From Eledone cirrhosa (Eukaryota), in NCBI GenBank assembly GCA_964016885.1, contig OZ024743.1, positions 33,232,001 through 33,296,000 of the forward strand: DNA of 64,000 bases, in the 5' to 3' direction. Within the stretch, counting starts at the first letter, position 1. Every line of letters begins with the position of its first letter. The notes beneath the pieces are model-generated. The model searched no databases. It was given only the letters and a program-made list of their open reading frames with translations, and was not told where the DNA came from. This document shows, piece after piece, positions 1 through 14,197 of this stretch. A program made the position numbers and the translations under genes.

Positions 1-329
1 GGTGGGGGGGGGGGTACACACATACCCTATTTCATTAAATATTTAGTAAAATATTGGTTTGTGATTGTCTCAGAAAATTGGAATAAGATTATTCTTCAAT
101 CATTTACAGTTATATAGAAGTGTATGTATAGTAAAGTTAAGTACTATCTGCTGTTCAGGATAAAAGTGTGCTTTATTCAGTCAAAATGAAATAGTTTTCT
201 ATGTGAGTATAATAACCCTATAAAGTTATAAAACTAGTACAATAACATACTTAGTCTATTTAGAATATGAGTGAGTGCTGAAGTGGGGGACAAATGGGTG
301 TATGTGGTGAGGATGGTGTAGTGATGCTG

Positions 330-520
330 ATATCATCATCAGCATTTTTATGTCCGCTTTTCCATGCTTGCATGGGTTATCAGATCCTTTTCAGCACAGC
401 ATATCTCCATGTTTCTTCATCATCTTCTCTTTGAGTCTCAGCAATTTAAGTTCAGCTGTCACCACCTTTGCCCAGGTCTTTCTCGGTCTGCCTCTACTAT
501 GACTTGCATATGATTTTCAT
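330..520 (-). mobile_element. Degenerate RTE LINE 3' end with (CAT)n tail
   Basis: atcatcatc...tgtccgcttttccatgcttgcatgggtt terminal motif shared with other RTE ends; gcccaggtctttctcggtctgcctct reads RGRPRKTW on the minus strand. Confidence 0.7.
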
Positions 521-648
521 TTTATCTTTATTGTTTGTTATTTATTCATTTGTCAAAATTCTTTCATCACACATTCTGTGACCTCCTCAATGACTATATG
601 TTCTCATTTGTGCTTCCTCTTCTTTCTGGTCTTAAACTTCTACGCCAT

Positions 649-659
649 CATATATATAC

Positions 660-732
<73 letters not shown>
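649..732. repeat. (TA)n microsatellite
   Basis: Direct inspection. Confidence 0.95.
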
Positions 733-734
<2 letters not shown>

Positions 735-900
735 ATGAATGAATGGAATTCTGAGAATATCTTAATCCAATGTATTTTCTCCCTCCCTTCCTTTCATTTC
801 GCATGCTTTTACTTTTTTTTCTCATTTTCTCATTTTTTTTTACTTCTCTTAGCCTGTATAAATATATGAATGAATTAGATTCTGAAAGTGTTTAATATTA

Positions 901-958
<58 letters not shown>

Positions 959-1356
959 TATCAGCATATTTATTCCTCTCATAGTCTTTTAATATTATTA
1001 CATTTTTTAACATTATATTTTTACTCTCATACTCTGAAATATTTTAATATTTGTATAGTAATTAAATTTCACTCACATAACTACTATTATTTATTTAATT
1101 TTTTCATCTTATTTTTATATTATTTTTAATTTTGCACCTGCAATCAAAATCTGTATTTTTGCACCTGCAACCAATCAAAAGATTTCTATTTATTTTCTTT
1201 GTATATCATTCTAACGGTTTAATATTTCATTTCTCAAATTTTGTCTGAACATCATATGTGAAACTCAGATTTACAAAGTTTGAAGTTTCAACTTTAATAA
1301 ACAGGCTGAGGGGTCTGCATCTTACTTACATATAGTCAAATGTTTTATTGAGTGCA

Positions 1357-1780
1357 GAGAAGTTGTCATGTCTTTTGACACAAACTAAAGTGTCCTCCCA
1401 ACCTCTTGTTTGACAAGTTTTCTATGGCTGGATGCCCTTCTTAATACCAACGATTTTACAGCATGTACTGGGTGCTTTTATTGTGTAGATCACCAGCACT
1501 ATAGAGGCTATCATGTCTTTGATACAATTGAAGGGTCCTCCTGACTTTTTGTTTGGCAAGCTTTCTATGACTGGATGCTCTTCTTAACCCCAACCACTTT
1601 ACAGCATGTACTGGGTATGTTTCTCATATAGATCACCAAGACTAGACAGGTTGTTGTGTCTTTGACACAACTAAAGGGTCCTCTCAATCATTTTATGCAT
1701 GATTTCTACAGTGGGGTGCCCTTCCTATACCCCACCACCCTAACAGAGAGTGTGAAGTGCATTTTCGTGGTCATAGACCC
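1357..1780 (-). repeat. Three diverged ~141-bp tandem units built from the RTE 3'UTR motif
   Basis: Units start near 1357, 1501 and 1644; each has gtctttgacacaa...tttcta.g.ctggatgcccttc.taa...caac..ttttacagc..gtactgggt...gatcacca. Confidence 0.75.
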
Positions 1781-1809
1781 AACTGTTGTGAAAACTGAGG
1801 ACACTCGTC

Positions 1810-1955
1810 CTTTCAAGTAAGCCCATGCAGTGCACTCTCCATGAGAATGGAGTTTCACTAAAGCAGGTGGAGAAGTTCAAGTATATCAGGGCCATGTTCA
1901 TGAGTGATGGAAGGCAGGAGGCTGAATTAAGTGCAAGAATTGCAGAAGCCCTTTC
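1810..1955 (+). pseudogene. RTE-clade RT C-terminal fragment
   Basis: Translation LKQVEKFKYI...SDGRQEAELSARIAEA resembles RT subdomain 7 and thumb (VxxFKYLG...DG...EIxxRIxxA). Confidence 0.7.
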
Positions 1956-3894
1956 TGATTTGGGGAGGGGGCCAATAAGAGAGAGAGATAGGTGTGAAGT
2001 TCTAGGTGTATGTGGTGATTTGGCATGGCAGTGAGTAAGGGGTACGGGTGGCTGGTTAGTGTATGTGGAGAAGGGAATGTAGTGGTAAGAAGGATGTGGT
2101 CAATAGGGGGGGGGGTGTTAGTGGGGGGGGGGGTGAACATAGGGTAGATACATATATATATTTTATCATCATCATCATACATCTACTTTCAATATTTGAC
2201 TGGTTATCACAGTCTGAGTCAGTTATTATTTGATGTCATTGAACTCCCTGATAGATCAGAGAATCACATCTCACTTGTACACTCTGTTTTTCACATGGTT
2301 TTTTTTTATGGCTAGTTGCCCTTCCTAACACCAACCATTTTACAATGTACTAGGTACAATTTATTGGGGCACCAGCACTATTGGGTTTGGTTTGTGTCCT
2401 ACAAACCTAAAGAGTCCTCACTACTCTAGTGTTTCTGTTTTTCAACTGTCTTCTTTTCTTCATGTCTGTGTCTCTGTTTATTCAAACATGTGTGTGTGTC
2501 AACTGATTAAATTCACTCTTGCTAGGCAATTTAACATATAGCTATAAATGGAGCATTCTTTTTGTATTAGAGTATAAATATCAATAGAATATTATTATGG
2601 TGTTTATATAATGTAATAAGCATTTATTGCATGATATGTGCACTTGAATCTTTGACATGACATAACGTAATGTACTGCATGTCCAATATATGGCATGTGC
2701 TAAGCTGGTGCCTAATCTAGTTGGACATTTTTGTATATGGGGGTAAATATTGTATATTATTATTTCAATGGCTGCAGTTCAGAACTAAAGGTAAAATATA
2801 CTTCCTATCTAGTTTCACATCAAGACTAAGTTTATTTCATTTTTATAACTTATGAAATTATTTCTTCCTCCCACATGTACATTTTTTAAAATCACTATCA
2901 ATACTAATGGTTTCTAACTTAACTATTTATAGCATTTTATTATCTGAAACATAAGCATAATTTAGGCTTCTTAATAGTCTTTTTCATTAAAAGATTGAAT
3001 TTAAAAATCAATTATAATGTAAAACCTGGAATTAAAATTGTAATTTGTAATTTGTAAATTTTCAGTAATTTCATGTTATCTATATTTTTAGTCTAACAAA
3101 GCCATGAAAAGCTACAATTTATATACATTTGAAGATGTTTACATGTGTTATTGGTATTTAATTACTTTTAACATGGTTAATAGCATTAACAGTTTTTAAT
3201 TTAGAATTAATTCTAAGATCAGAGTAAACATTCCTCCCCTGTCAAAAAATTAGGAGATAAGCTAATTCTGGAACACCCACACATGCATACACATACACAC
3301 ATACATACAGATATGACACGAAAAGAAGCACATATGGTGTGAAAGGCTATTCATAAATTTTAAGATAAATACTATCTCAAACAGTAATGCCACAATCATC
3401 ACAAATAACTGGACATTTGATGGTATTCATTGAAGACACATTTTATTCTAAATTATAGAGATATCCACCAAAAAATTGAATTCACTTTACAAGGATTTTC
3501 TACAAACAATAGTCAGATCCATAGATCTGGATACAATAGTCAGATCCATAGAAAACCTATTTCTTCCTGTGTCACTATCCTGAAGTTAAATACAGAGAAG
3601 GAGGACTATATTGTCACTGATAAAATAGAATATTAGCTGGGGTATACTTCAAGAAGACAATCTCTCTGTAATACTATTTAAACTGTCAGTAAACCCCTTG
3701 TCCTTTATGCTGAGGAAATATGAAGGATACATAATTGGTTCACAGGAGGCCAGAAACACAAACCTTTAAAAGAAAACAAAATAAGTTTATAAGATGCAAG
3801 CAGTGCAAATAGACAGTTCATAATAAGTATATTTGTTACTGGCATCTGTAGAGTAAATATTAGGCAAGATATGGAATATATCATTTAAATGTTG

Positions 3895-4335
3895 TTTAAT
3901 AGAAAAAGAAAAAAAAGAAAATTTAGATTGAGAAGAAAGGACGGAATGTAAAATAAGAGAATATATATTAAAAGAAAACAACGGAAAAGGGAGGGAATGG
4001 CAAGGACTCTAGTGTGACAGAAGGAGGGGAGGGGAAGGGTGATTCGGTTCTGGGTCTAGGGCATGGTGGTAATGGGGCTGCACCCTGTGGACAAGACTGC
4101 AAAAGCATTCCTGCAGACAATGGTCAGTGACACCCACTGCAACAGCCACCCCACCTCACAGGGCTCCTTCCTCGGATGGGCCACCAACATTCTGATCTTG
4201 CAGAGGAGCTCGACAGTACAGGGTCCAAGTACACCTGAGGTCTCAATGGTGACCAGTGCGAAGAGGAAGCAGCTGGACAATCCCCAGTATTTGTTTACCT
4301 TCCTATCCTCTGCATGGTGGACCACCATATCAGGG
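3895..4335 (-). mobile_element. CRE-like non-LTR retrotransposon 3' fragment (restriction-like endonuclease C-terminus)
   Basis: AEDRKVNKY...IETSGVLGP...LLQWVSLTIVCRNAFAVL matches the AExxKxxKY / ETxG / RlSxxxxrGNA pattern of CRE-clade RLE. Confidence 0.65.
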
Positions 4336-5013
4336 TTTGTGGCCGAAGAAACATATAAACTTTGGAGCAGACTAGAGAATTTGAGAACTCTTCAAGAACG
4401 TCTGTTTTAGTGTTTTATTTATGCTGAAAGCTACACATTTTCACTCTTCTTAAAGATCTGAAAAAGAGAGATATTTTCTTTCAGAAACATTTCTGTTTAA
4501 TAGATCTTGACACATTTATTTCTCTACTAATAATGATATGATGCAAAAATTGCAGAATAAAACAAGAGTTTTCTGGAAACTATGTATGCATACAAGTGGT
4601 TGTTTGAGTATTTTAAGAGTATGACTGAGATTTTCTGACAAAGGAAATTGAAAATTGATAAAGAGGAAATAGAAAGATGTTGGGGATCTATACAAGAAAA
4701 GAGCAAAAATAATTATGGTTAGAACAAGGTATGATAATTATACTAATATTGTCAATACTAATGGAAAGAGGAAAGAGAAGAGAAAATAAAATATATAGAT
4801 GAAATTGAGAGACAAATGAATGAGGAATAAAAGATAAAGAGGCTGAGATTGTTCAGCAGTTAACTTTAAGTTGTCATATTGATCTTGTCTTTTATTGATC
4901 TTTGTTAATGCAATGTAGACCAAGTGGTGAGATAAGCATTATGGGTAAGGAGTTGATTGTTCATCTGATCTCACTATATCAAAGAGTAGAATATTGTATT
5001 TTTGTAAATGTGC

Positions 5014-5056
<43 letters not shown>

Positions 5057-5087
5057 ATATATATATACATGTGTTATATATATATAT

Positions 5088-5410
5088 TGGTTAGAATATT
5101 AGATTCACACTTGTGAGGTGGTGAGTTTGATTCTCAGACTGGGCGATGTGTTGTATCCTTGAGCAAGATACTTTATTTCATGTTGCTCCAGTTGACTCAG
5201 TTGTAGAAATGAGCTGCGACATCACTGGTGCCAAGGTGTATGTGCCTTTGCCTTTCCCTTGGACAACGACAGTGTCGTAGAGAGAGGAGATTGACATGCA
5301 TGGGCAATTGCTGGTCTTCTACAAAAACACTTTGCCCAGGCATGTCTTAGAGGAGAACTTTCTAGATGTAAAACACATGGTCATTTATGACCAAAGATCT
5401 CTACCCTTTT
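5088..5410 (+). mobile_element. tRNA-derived CORE-type SINE, older copy with a distinct 3' tail
   Basis: Partial tRNA head, then ccttgagcaagatactttatttcatgttgctccagttgactcagttgtagaaatgag (CORE-like); downstream sequence differs from the other copies. Confidence 0.7.
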
Positions 5411-5411
5411 A

Positions 5412-6322
5412 TATCATCATCATCATCATCAACGTTTAACGTCCGTGTTCCACGCTTGCATGGGTTTGGACGGGGTAGTCCCACTTGAGGCAAGAGTGAT
5501 TGTCTTGCTCGCATAGGACTGTCTGGCAGGTTTTCTACAGTTGGATGCCCTTCCTAACACCAACCACATTTACAGTGTGGGTATGGGAGGTTTTTACCGT
5601 GTTGCCTACACGGCCACATTACAGCGTGGACTGTGTGTTTTTTTGTCGTGACACCTACACGATCCCATTTGTTTCGGCCTGGATGGCGCGGCACCAACAT
5701 AACTTTACATAGAACGGGGTGGTGTGGATGGGGTGGGGGTGGTGGTGGTGGTGGGACGGGGTGTATTTTGTTAGAGATGCCTACTGGCAAGGCGGGTCTT
5801 CTCTGTTACTGAGTACCGCCAAAGGTCTCGGTCCAGTAACATTGTCTTGGAGAGGTGTAAGTGTGTGAGGTCGGAGTTTATCAGCTCGTCCCAGGTTTTT
5901 CTAGGTCTGCCTATTCCGTGGCTACCGTCTATCTTTATTGCCCTGCACTTTGTTATACAGCTATCGACTTTCATGCGCATCACGTGTCCATACCAACGTA
6001 GCCTTCTCTCGAGTAAACAACATCTGATCCCTCTTATTTCTAATTTTTTCCTTAGTTCGTTTATGCTTTGCCGTTCACGTATATTACTGTTACACATCCA
6101 GCGGAGCATGCAAGCTTCGTTCCTCTCTAGTCTGCGTATATCCTCTGCACACAATGCCCAGGTCTCACTGCCATGCAACATTGCTGTTCGTATGCAGGCA
6201 TCGTACAACCTGCCTTTCATTTTTAGGGAGAACCCTTTAGCAGCTAATAGTGGTATAAGCTCTCTGAACTTTTTCCAACCAGTTCTGACTCTAGCTACTG
6301 TACTTTCAGAGCACCCTCCCCC
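5412..6322 (-). mobile_element. RTE LINE family A, 5'-truncated young copy
   Basis: (CAT)n tail, 3'UTR and ORF C-terminus nearly identical to 55080-56018; truncated directly against tatatata; ORF ends KTRLASRHL. Confidence 0.95.
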
Positions 6323-6384
6323 TATATATATCTGTATATTATTATATATGTATGTACACATATATATATGTGCGTATGTGTGTA

Positions 6385-6540
6385 TTTGGCATTAGGAAGG
6401 GCATCCAGTTGTAGAAACCAGCCAAAACCAGCCCTGTGTGAGCGAAACATGGCCCTCTAGCCTGGTCTCTCCCAAAGAGACACCCCGTACTACCCATGGT
6501 AGCGTGGAAAATGGACATTAAACAAGGATGATGATGATAT
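6385..6540 (+). mobile_element. RTE-derived 3' tail fragment
   Basis: ggcattaggaagggcatccagttgtagaaa ... cccatggtagcgtggaaaatggacattaa..(GAT)n. Confidence 0.75.
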
Positions 6541-6572
<32 letters not shown>

Positions 6573-6750
6573 TTTACGTCCGCTTTTCCCTGCTTGCAAG
6601 GGTTGGACAGGTCCTATTCAGGACAGCATTTCTCCACTTGTTATGGTCCTTCGTCATCTCCTTGGTGAGTTTCAGCGATCTGAGGTCTGCTCTCACCACC
6701 TCCGCCCATGTTTTACGTGGTCTACCTCTTCTGTGTCTTCCTTCTACCAG
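6541..6750 (-). mobile_element. RTE LINE family C 3' end (ORF runs almost into the tail)
   Basis: RRGRPRKTWAEVVRADLRSLKLTKEM..DHNKWRNAV..PTLASREKRT* followed immediately by (ATG)n; tail-to-tail with the previous element. Confidence 0.85.
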
Positions 6751-8399
6751 GATTTCTTGGCATATACACACATACACATACCTCTAAGTGTATGGGGAAA
6801 GAGCATAATAAAATGATTGATATAATTGTTATGTGGAGTACCTGTGGGAAAAGGTGTATGCATATAGAATACAGCAGTTTATGTATGCTGTCTGTACATA
6901 GAAATGTTAAATCTTGTATGCTGTGGGGCAGATGTTAGAAAGGACAATCAAATCCTCTGCACCACATCTTACTGTTAGAAATAATATAATGCTTTCTAGG
7001 ATACATTATACTTAAAAATATATGGCATGGCCATGGTTGGAATGTCTTTGATTAGCTTAATTGATATGATGTGAGACTAAAAAACAACATTTATTACAAA
7101 TACTACGTCTGATTAATTCAAGTCAAACTAGAATCTGGTTAAATTACAATTTATTGTAAAAGGGCAACACTAAATATTAAATATACAGTTTCTATATTCC
7201 GATAATACTTTCATCTAAGAACCATAATGATCTTGCTTCTGCTGCACGTTATCTTTGTATAATGACTATATACATTCACAGCAGCCATCAGTGATATTTA
7301 TTTGTAGAATTATTCAGCTAGAAGAAATAATATTCAACATTATTGCTAAATTCTGTGACCAAAAAAATTAGTCTTAAAACTTCAAAGACTCCATTATTAC
7401 TCTTTATAGAATATTTGATAGGAAATAATACATTTTATTTATTAGAATGAAAATTGAATAAATTTAGCATTACAATGTAAATTCTAGTTCAATACATTTC
7501 TAAAAGTTTCTATGTTGAAATCATGTTTGTAATGTCAATTGTTATGTCATATGCATATTTCAGTAAGATTGATTTCTTTTATTATGTGAGTTCAGCACAA
7601 TAAACGAGCTTTGATTTACTTTGTCTATCTTTCAATACATAATGCATTGCTCCCAACTGAATTGCAACTCAACCATCTATGTATCATTAGCTCAACCCTT
7701 TAACCTATCAATAACTTACCTTAATGTGTTTTTGTATAATTTTCAATGATATATTTCTATATATAATTTAATTAAATCCAAATATCAAAATTAGTTTCAG
7801 CAATTAGAAATAACTATAGTCTAGATAAGAAATATCTTTAATTTAACAATATTAATTGCCATTTGTGATATTACTTGCATGTCTATTTCTGATATTAATT
7901 ATAGATAAAAAATACATTGATAATGATGATGATGATTGAACAATTACCCCTTTCATTACCATATTTAAAATGGAAAACACTGCCTATGATGTTTTTTATA
8001 GTCTTGAAAAAAAAATTGGAGGTATTTAGGAATATGACTAACATTGGTGTTTGGAACATACTTTAACAAATGTTATGATGGAAGGTTTTTAGATAAATAT
8101 AAATGGTTTTTGGATAAAGTAGAATGGTTTACACTGCTGAACCTGAGATAGTTTCAAGCATTTTGGTATCAAATGGTTTGAAGATATTTTATATTTGTAC
8201 TTTTACATTTCGGTCAGTATAATCTGCCATTAAAATGGAAGTGAATTAGTCAAGAGAAAGGATACTGCCAATGACTTTTGAAATGATTTTGTGATGGGAT
8301 CTGTGCAGTTGATTATCATATTGAACCTCAACATATGCATGAATGATTACGAAATAATCTTGATGTGGTATCTAGGGAATGAGACACAGTAGGAATTAT

Positions 8400-8790
8400 G
8401 CATGGAGGATAGACAGGTGCATTGGATGGGCTTGGATTGAAGTGGTATGTAACCTTCTAGTTCTGAAACAAAATAATAGACTGCAGTAATAGCCATAGAA
8501 AAGGAAGGGAGAAGGAACACTGCATTTTTTTATCCACTGGATGTTCTCTGTTGGGGACTGAATTCTTACCAATCTGCCAAGCAGCACTATTTCAGATATG
8601 TGGGCAATACATCAATGGGAATTTTGCTTGAGCTATATAGAATGTAAGCAACTGATCAAGCTGAAGAATTGGTTTCTCTCTTTCATTTGAAGATAAAGAT
8701 TTGTCATTTAGACACAACTTTGACAATGTTTTATATGTAAGGTCACAATAAAAGTACATTGTCATTTTCACTAACATATTTCTAATGAAA
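8400..8790 (-). pseudogene. Very old LINE RT relic (probably RTE)
   Basis: WIKKCSVPSPFLF resembles GVxQGCxLSPxLF; highly degenerate. Confidence 0.35.
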
Positions 8791-9412
8791 GACACTACTT
8801 ATGATTTTCAATTCATTCAGAATTCAGAGGGGTTGAGTAAAATAACTAACTTTATCATTATTTACCTGGTGTTTAGAACATAACTTATCAAAGGTTCTTA
8901 AATATATTTATAATAAAAGGTTTTTAGATAAATATAAACACTTCAAAATAAGCAGTTTCATGTTGTAGAGTCAGGGGTGGGTTCAAGCAGTTTGGTAACA
9001 ACTTCTGGCAGAAAGTGTCTAAGTTCCATTTAGATGATGTCTGAATGCAGACTGAAACAAATCAAAGAATTTTGTGGAGTTTAGTAATTTAACTAACTTT
9101 CTCATTTATCTGGTGTTTGGAACATAACAAAGGTTCTTACATAAAGGGCTGGGATTAAAAGGGTTAAGGAGGGATGAAGTGTGATATTATCAGCATTGAA
9201 GTGCATTTTCATAGAAAGGAGAGTAAGTAGGTAGTTAATGTATAGATTGTGATATATCCCTGTAGAGAGAAAAAGAGATTGACAAGCAAGGCTAATAACT
9301 AGAGGAGGGATACTGTATAAGGATATTGGAAAAGGTGTTAGTATCAGTTATCATGCTGGGCTGAAATAACTGAAAGTAGATTTGTATTTAATGAGGATGA
9401 GACAGGTGAAGT

Positions 9413-11186
9413 CAGTGGCAGACTGGATCTAAAAATATTGGTTACCAGGATACAGAAGAGGCCCACTCACAACTACAATGCTATAATTTAATTTTTATAA
9501 CGAATAAATAAATTTTCAAAAAACACTTAAGTAGAATCAAAAAGGTGCAATTAAAATGTTTGCAAAAAAAAAATGTATATTTACTAATTACTGTGTGTAC
9601 TGTATTGGCAGTATACAATAATGATTTCTACTATAGGCACAAGGCCAGCAATTGGTGGGAGGAATTGATTAAATTGACCCCAATGCATGATTGGTACTTT
9701 ATTTTATCGACTCTGTAAGGATGAAAGGCAAAGCTGACCTCAGCAGGATTTGAAAGGGCCGTAACTCTATGCTACAAAGTATTGTGTCTAACGCTCTACC
9801 AATACTGACAATCCACCGCCCTATTACCAGTATACAGTAATACCAAATGTAAATACAGAATGTTATAATTGACTTTTAAAATAATTTTTGGGGTGAATGT
9901 ATAGTATACTGTTATTTTGAACATATACTGTTATTTTGAAAATTTTTAACCAAACTGAAAATAAAATCTAATATATTTATAAATCAATTTCAAAATTTTT
10001 AATGAAGACTTTTTACTGTCAAAAAGATGGCTATGTTTTCTTATGAATATCAAAACATTGCAGTCAATACATCTTTATACATATACACCATTTGTTTGTT
10101 TGCTCTTTCAAACAACTTGTACATATCAGATTGTCTTTTTATTAATATGCCAAGAATTCTATCACCACTACTTCAATTGCTCCAACCCATCTAAAAATAA
10201 AGGATAAATTTAAATGGTTTTGATTTCTTCTACTTTTAATATTCTACTTCCTTCTATTATTCTTTTATCTCTGCTCTTGCCATTTTTATGTTCTTTATAA
10301 AATTTATAAGGCCCTTATAAAATTTTCAAAATAACAGTATATTATGCGGGTCCCAAATTCTTTTAAGCAATAGCTTTAATATGTCAAACTTTGAAGCAAA
10401 GAAAAAAAGCAAAGCAAAGAAAAAAAGCAATTCCAGTTTTACTTGATCTTTGCTGATTTGTGGAAACAACAGAATGATACTTACCAGTGCTTCAACTTCA
10501 GGGCTCTTCTCTGTAATAGTTTTAAACTTTGCTGGGTCTAAGCAGGATAAATCTTTATGCAACTGTTTTTGTTGTACAAAGTGTGATTCTAGTGACTGGA
10601 CAATGCAATCCATTATAAGATTAAACACACTTACCTAAAAATCAGCTCAAGGATTTGAGGAATAGAAAATATTAAGAATTTCTTTCTTTCTCCAATAAAG
10701 ACGACATATATATATCCACATGATAGCAATAATGAGTTTTGGTCTTTCACATTCACTCAATATATATGTGTGTGTGCATGTACAGGTGTATATATACATT
10801 CATATATATATATACACATATATAATAAGTGTATATATATATATATATATATAAAAAACAGGCCCCATCGGTCACTAATGATATATATATATCGTGTGTG
10901 TGTATATGTATATATGTATGCATGAATACACTGTATAACCACTGACTTTATAACCACTGTCTGCAGTATCATATATTTTGATTTCTATTAATTCCCCAGG
11001 GAATTGTTTCATCAAATGCTTTGTTTAATTGTTTTATTTGTTTTTTGTTTTTTTAATTCTTTCTCTAAGGCTTCAGATATTTTCTTTGAAAGCAAAGATT
11101 TTGCATGGGCTCCTAAGGTATTACCGTGGGCCCCCAGGGGTCCACTCACTATAAGCCAACCTGACACCCTGGCCAGTCTGCCACTA
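9413..11186 (-). mobile_element. hAT DNA transposon, internally deleted, with transposase remnants
   Basis: TIRs CAGTGGCAGACTGG (9413) and CCAGTCTGCCACTA (11173-11186); perfect 8-bp TSD GGTGAAGT (9405-9412, 11187-11194); FNLIMDCIVQSLESHF...DLSCLDP is hAT-like; contains a nested SINE and microsatellite. Confidence 0.85.
9620..9820 (-). mobile_element. Meta-type tRNA SINE (diverged) nested in the hAT element
   Basis: ggtactttattttatcgac..gtaaggatgaaaggcaaag..gacctc..caggatttgaa ... aatccaccgcc. Confidence 0.8.
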
Positions 11187-12516
11187 GGTGAAGTGATAAA
11201 GTTATTTTGGAGGAGTTTTGTTGTCTGTGAGCAATATAGATTTGGAAGTATAGTGGACAACAAATGCAGATTCTTTAGCAACAAAATGTTGACTTACTGG
11301 GCCATCTTATATAACGAATACCAAGTAGGATGATCCTATAAAGTTAGTGAAAATTCTCCCTAGCTAGTTCTCAGTACATCCAGCTAAAAGTTTAGAGCTG
11401 AGAAATTTCAGACCATAAAATACACAAAGACATTCTTTAGTTTCCATATAATTGTTTTATGGTGGAGAGTAAATATCACAAACTTGGTGGGGATGCATTT
11501 TCCTATATGTCATAGGCAAGTATTGTTTATTTGTACTGCTACAGCACCCTTTTGTGTGAATTACTTGGTGTTTTGAGATTATGTAAGGTATATGGAAAGG
11601 GACATATCTATGGGGATGGTTTTGGTTAGCTACATATCTGTCTTGAATGGGTTTCAAATGAAATTACTTAACTTGGAAGTAAGAGAGGATTCAGAGGTGA
11701 AGAGTTGTTGTATAGTAGAAAAATGTGAGGCATGTTACTTTGATGAAAAAAATGAAATAGATATCTTAACAGTTTCTTGATAACTAACTAAGAAACAGTT
11801 CTAAAGAAACTTCCCATTAATTAACAATTTCTATTAATAACAATGATTAGGTTTAAAATTTGTGACAGTGAATCTGGTGTGCATATTGCATTTATAAAAC
11901 TATAACCTCATAAGTGGATGTTACTACCAAATGTCATGATGACTGTAATGGGAATAAATTTTGAGAAGATATATATAATTATTGTTCCACTATCTCTTTT
12001 CAAATGACAATGAAGAAAATTTTAATTTTTTTAATTTTTATCTGATTTTATCAAAACCTAAGATTAGGAGTAAAAAAAAAAACAATTATTAGATCAGATA
12101 AAAAAAATAATTTTTCATTGGTCTTTCCATTATTGATATTATCTGTAGAGGTTGTGTGGTTTTTACTGTGACCAGGGGTAAGATTTGTACACAGAATGCA
12201 TACTGCCAGAACAGATAGCATCCTGTCTAACAACTTCAGAATGTTACTAATCTACTGCCCCTGGACTGGTATTATATTAATCAACCCCAAAGTTGACCTT
12301 GGTGAGATTTGATCTTAAAGCACAGGGAGCTGTAAAAAGTACCAAGGCATTCCGACACTCTAATTTGCTGCCTATAATGTTGGAATTTAAATAAAGAATT
12401 TCAAAGTAGGTATTTTTGCACCATCTAAATAACCATTTTACATCAAGAGAGATAAATGAAAAACTAATAATCATTGCATTGCTACTTAGTATGTATGTGA
12501 TGTAAATCTTCATTAA

Positions 12517-12720
12517 CCCTTTAGTCATATCTGGCCAAAATTCTTTCTTTCTGTTCAAACTAGCCATAACTGGCCGTTCATACCGATGTTAAGGTATTGT
12601 TCTCAAAATAAATAATATCAAAATCTCATAAATTTGATATTATGTGAGATAATTATGTAAAGTAAATTCTTTACCACAGAAATACAATGGTATATATAGA
12701 GTAATGGAAATGCTAAAGGG
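12517..12720 (-). mobile_element. piggyBac-like MITE family 1
   Basis: TTAA|CCCTTTAG...ATGCTAAAGGG|TTAA; internal sequence shared with the other copies. Confidence 0.85.
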
Positions 12721-13056
12721 TTAAGTGATGTGAGGTTAGTTTTCATAAGGTTATCAAGCAACAGGGGGAATGATGGAATTTCAATGTTTAAAATCTTTAA
12801 AATATTCTTTCAGAACTATTTTTGAATACATTTCAACCTCTTCTTATAAAATGATATATCTGATAAAATTTATTTACTAGCTTTGAACAACTGTTCTACA
12901 CTTATGCTTTCTGTTCAACGTTAAATCTATTTTATTTGCTTTATTAAGAGTGTTTGTGTAAAGTATTGAAGTATAATTGATTTATTGATTGAAGATATTC
13001 TACTTATCTTAAAAAGGAAACTGATATATATTGTAAAAATTTTGATTCACTTTTAA

Positions 13057-13276
13057 CCCTTTAGCATTTACATTACTCTATATTTACTTTTATATTTTCA
13101 TAGTAAACACTTTATCTCACTAATTATCTCACATGATATCGAATTTATTAGATTTTCATATTATCTATTTTGAGAACAATACCTTGACATAAGTATGATC
13201 AGCCAGTTAAAGCTAGTTTGAATAGAAAGAGGTGAGAGAATTCTGGCTGGATATGGCTGGTTTAAATGCTAAAGGG
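13057..13276 (+). mobile_element. piggyBac-like MITE family 1 (220 bp, complete)
   Basis: TIR CCCTTTAGCATTTA / TAAATGCTAAAGGG with TTAA on both sides. Confidence 0.9.
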
Positions 13277-13515
13277 TTAAAGTTTGTATTATCTTTGAAC
13301 AGACTATGATATCTAGAAATTTTGTGTTATATTCAAAGTGTAGATATATCTAATAGATTCAACAGTCTTGTATTAAGTCTAAACTAATTCATTGTTGTTT
13401 ATAAGGATATCAAAACTAAATATTTATATTACTGAAAAAAAACTAAATTTTTTGTGTCTCTCCATAAAATTAAAAATGGTACATTGACAAAACATTGGAT
13501 AGAATATGTTGTGGT

Positions 13516-13813
13516 CAGAGGCGTAACTAGGGTATGGCAAGCATGGCATGTGCCATGGGCGCCACATGAAGGGGGCACCGCTTGGACTAGGAGTTCCTTC
13601 TATTAAAGTCAAATAAGCCTCGTTTGAGAGTGAAAAAAGAAACTCCTTCAGATGTATGACCTGTCTCTGATTATCATGGGTGAGAACACTATGGTGGCTG
13701 GATCATTAAACCATTTATATAAATTATTAGGCCCATAGGTAAAAATACAAAGTTGGGCAGGGGCACAATTTCACTGCTTGCCATAGGTGCTATTTTCCCT
13801 GGTTATGCCTCTG
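13516..13813. mobile_element. hAT MITE
   Basis: TIRs CAGAGGCGTAAC / GTTATGCCTCTG; perfect 8-bp TSD GTTGTGGT; interrupts an old Meta-type SINE (about 13480-13925). Confidence 0.9.
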
Positions 13814-14197
13814 GTTGTGGTATTCATTCCAGCTCTGCAATTCTGAGTTTAAATCCCAATGAGGTCAACTTTATCTTTCATCCTTTTGATGTTAATAAAA
13901 GTGTACCAGTAGAGTACTGGGGTCATTTCTTTCTCTTTACCTCTTTTTTTACTTTCCCACTTTCTCTCTCTCACTCTTTCTTTTGAAGAAAATAGCTGTG
14001 TTGAGACCTGGAGAGGGATGGGTTCTGCCAGGTTTAAAATGCTGTATGTCACTATGGCACATCTATGACTCCATTAATCCTAGCAGGAAGAGATGTAAAT
14101 ATTTTTGTATGATAGAACCAGAGGCAGTTTCAGGTGGTTTGATATCAAACAGGTTAAACGTTTGCTAATCAGACAATTTTTTATTATACACACATAC

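Noticed and set aside
3504-3552. Short tandem duplication acaatagtcagatccataga
   Set aside because: Ordinary local duplication in degenerate sequence
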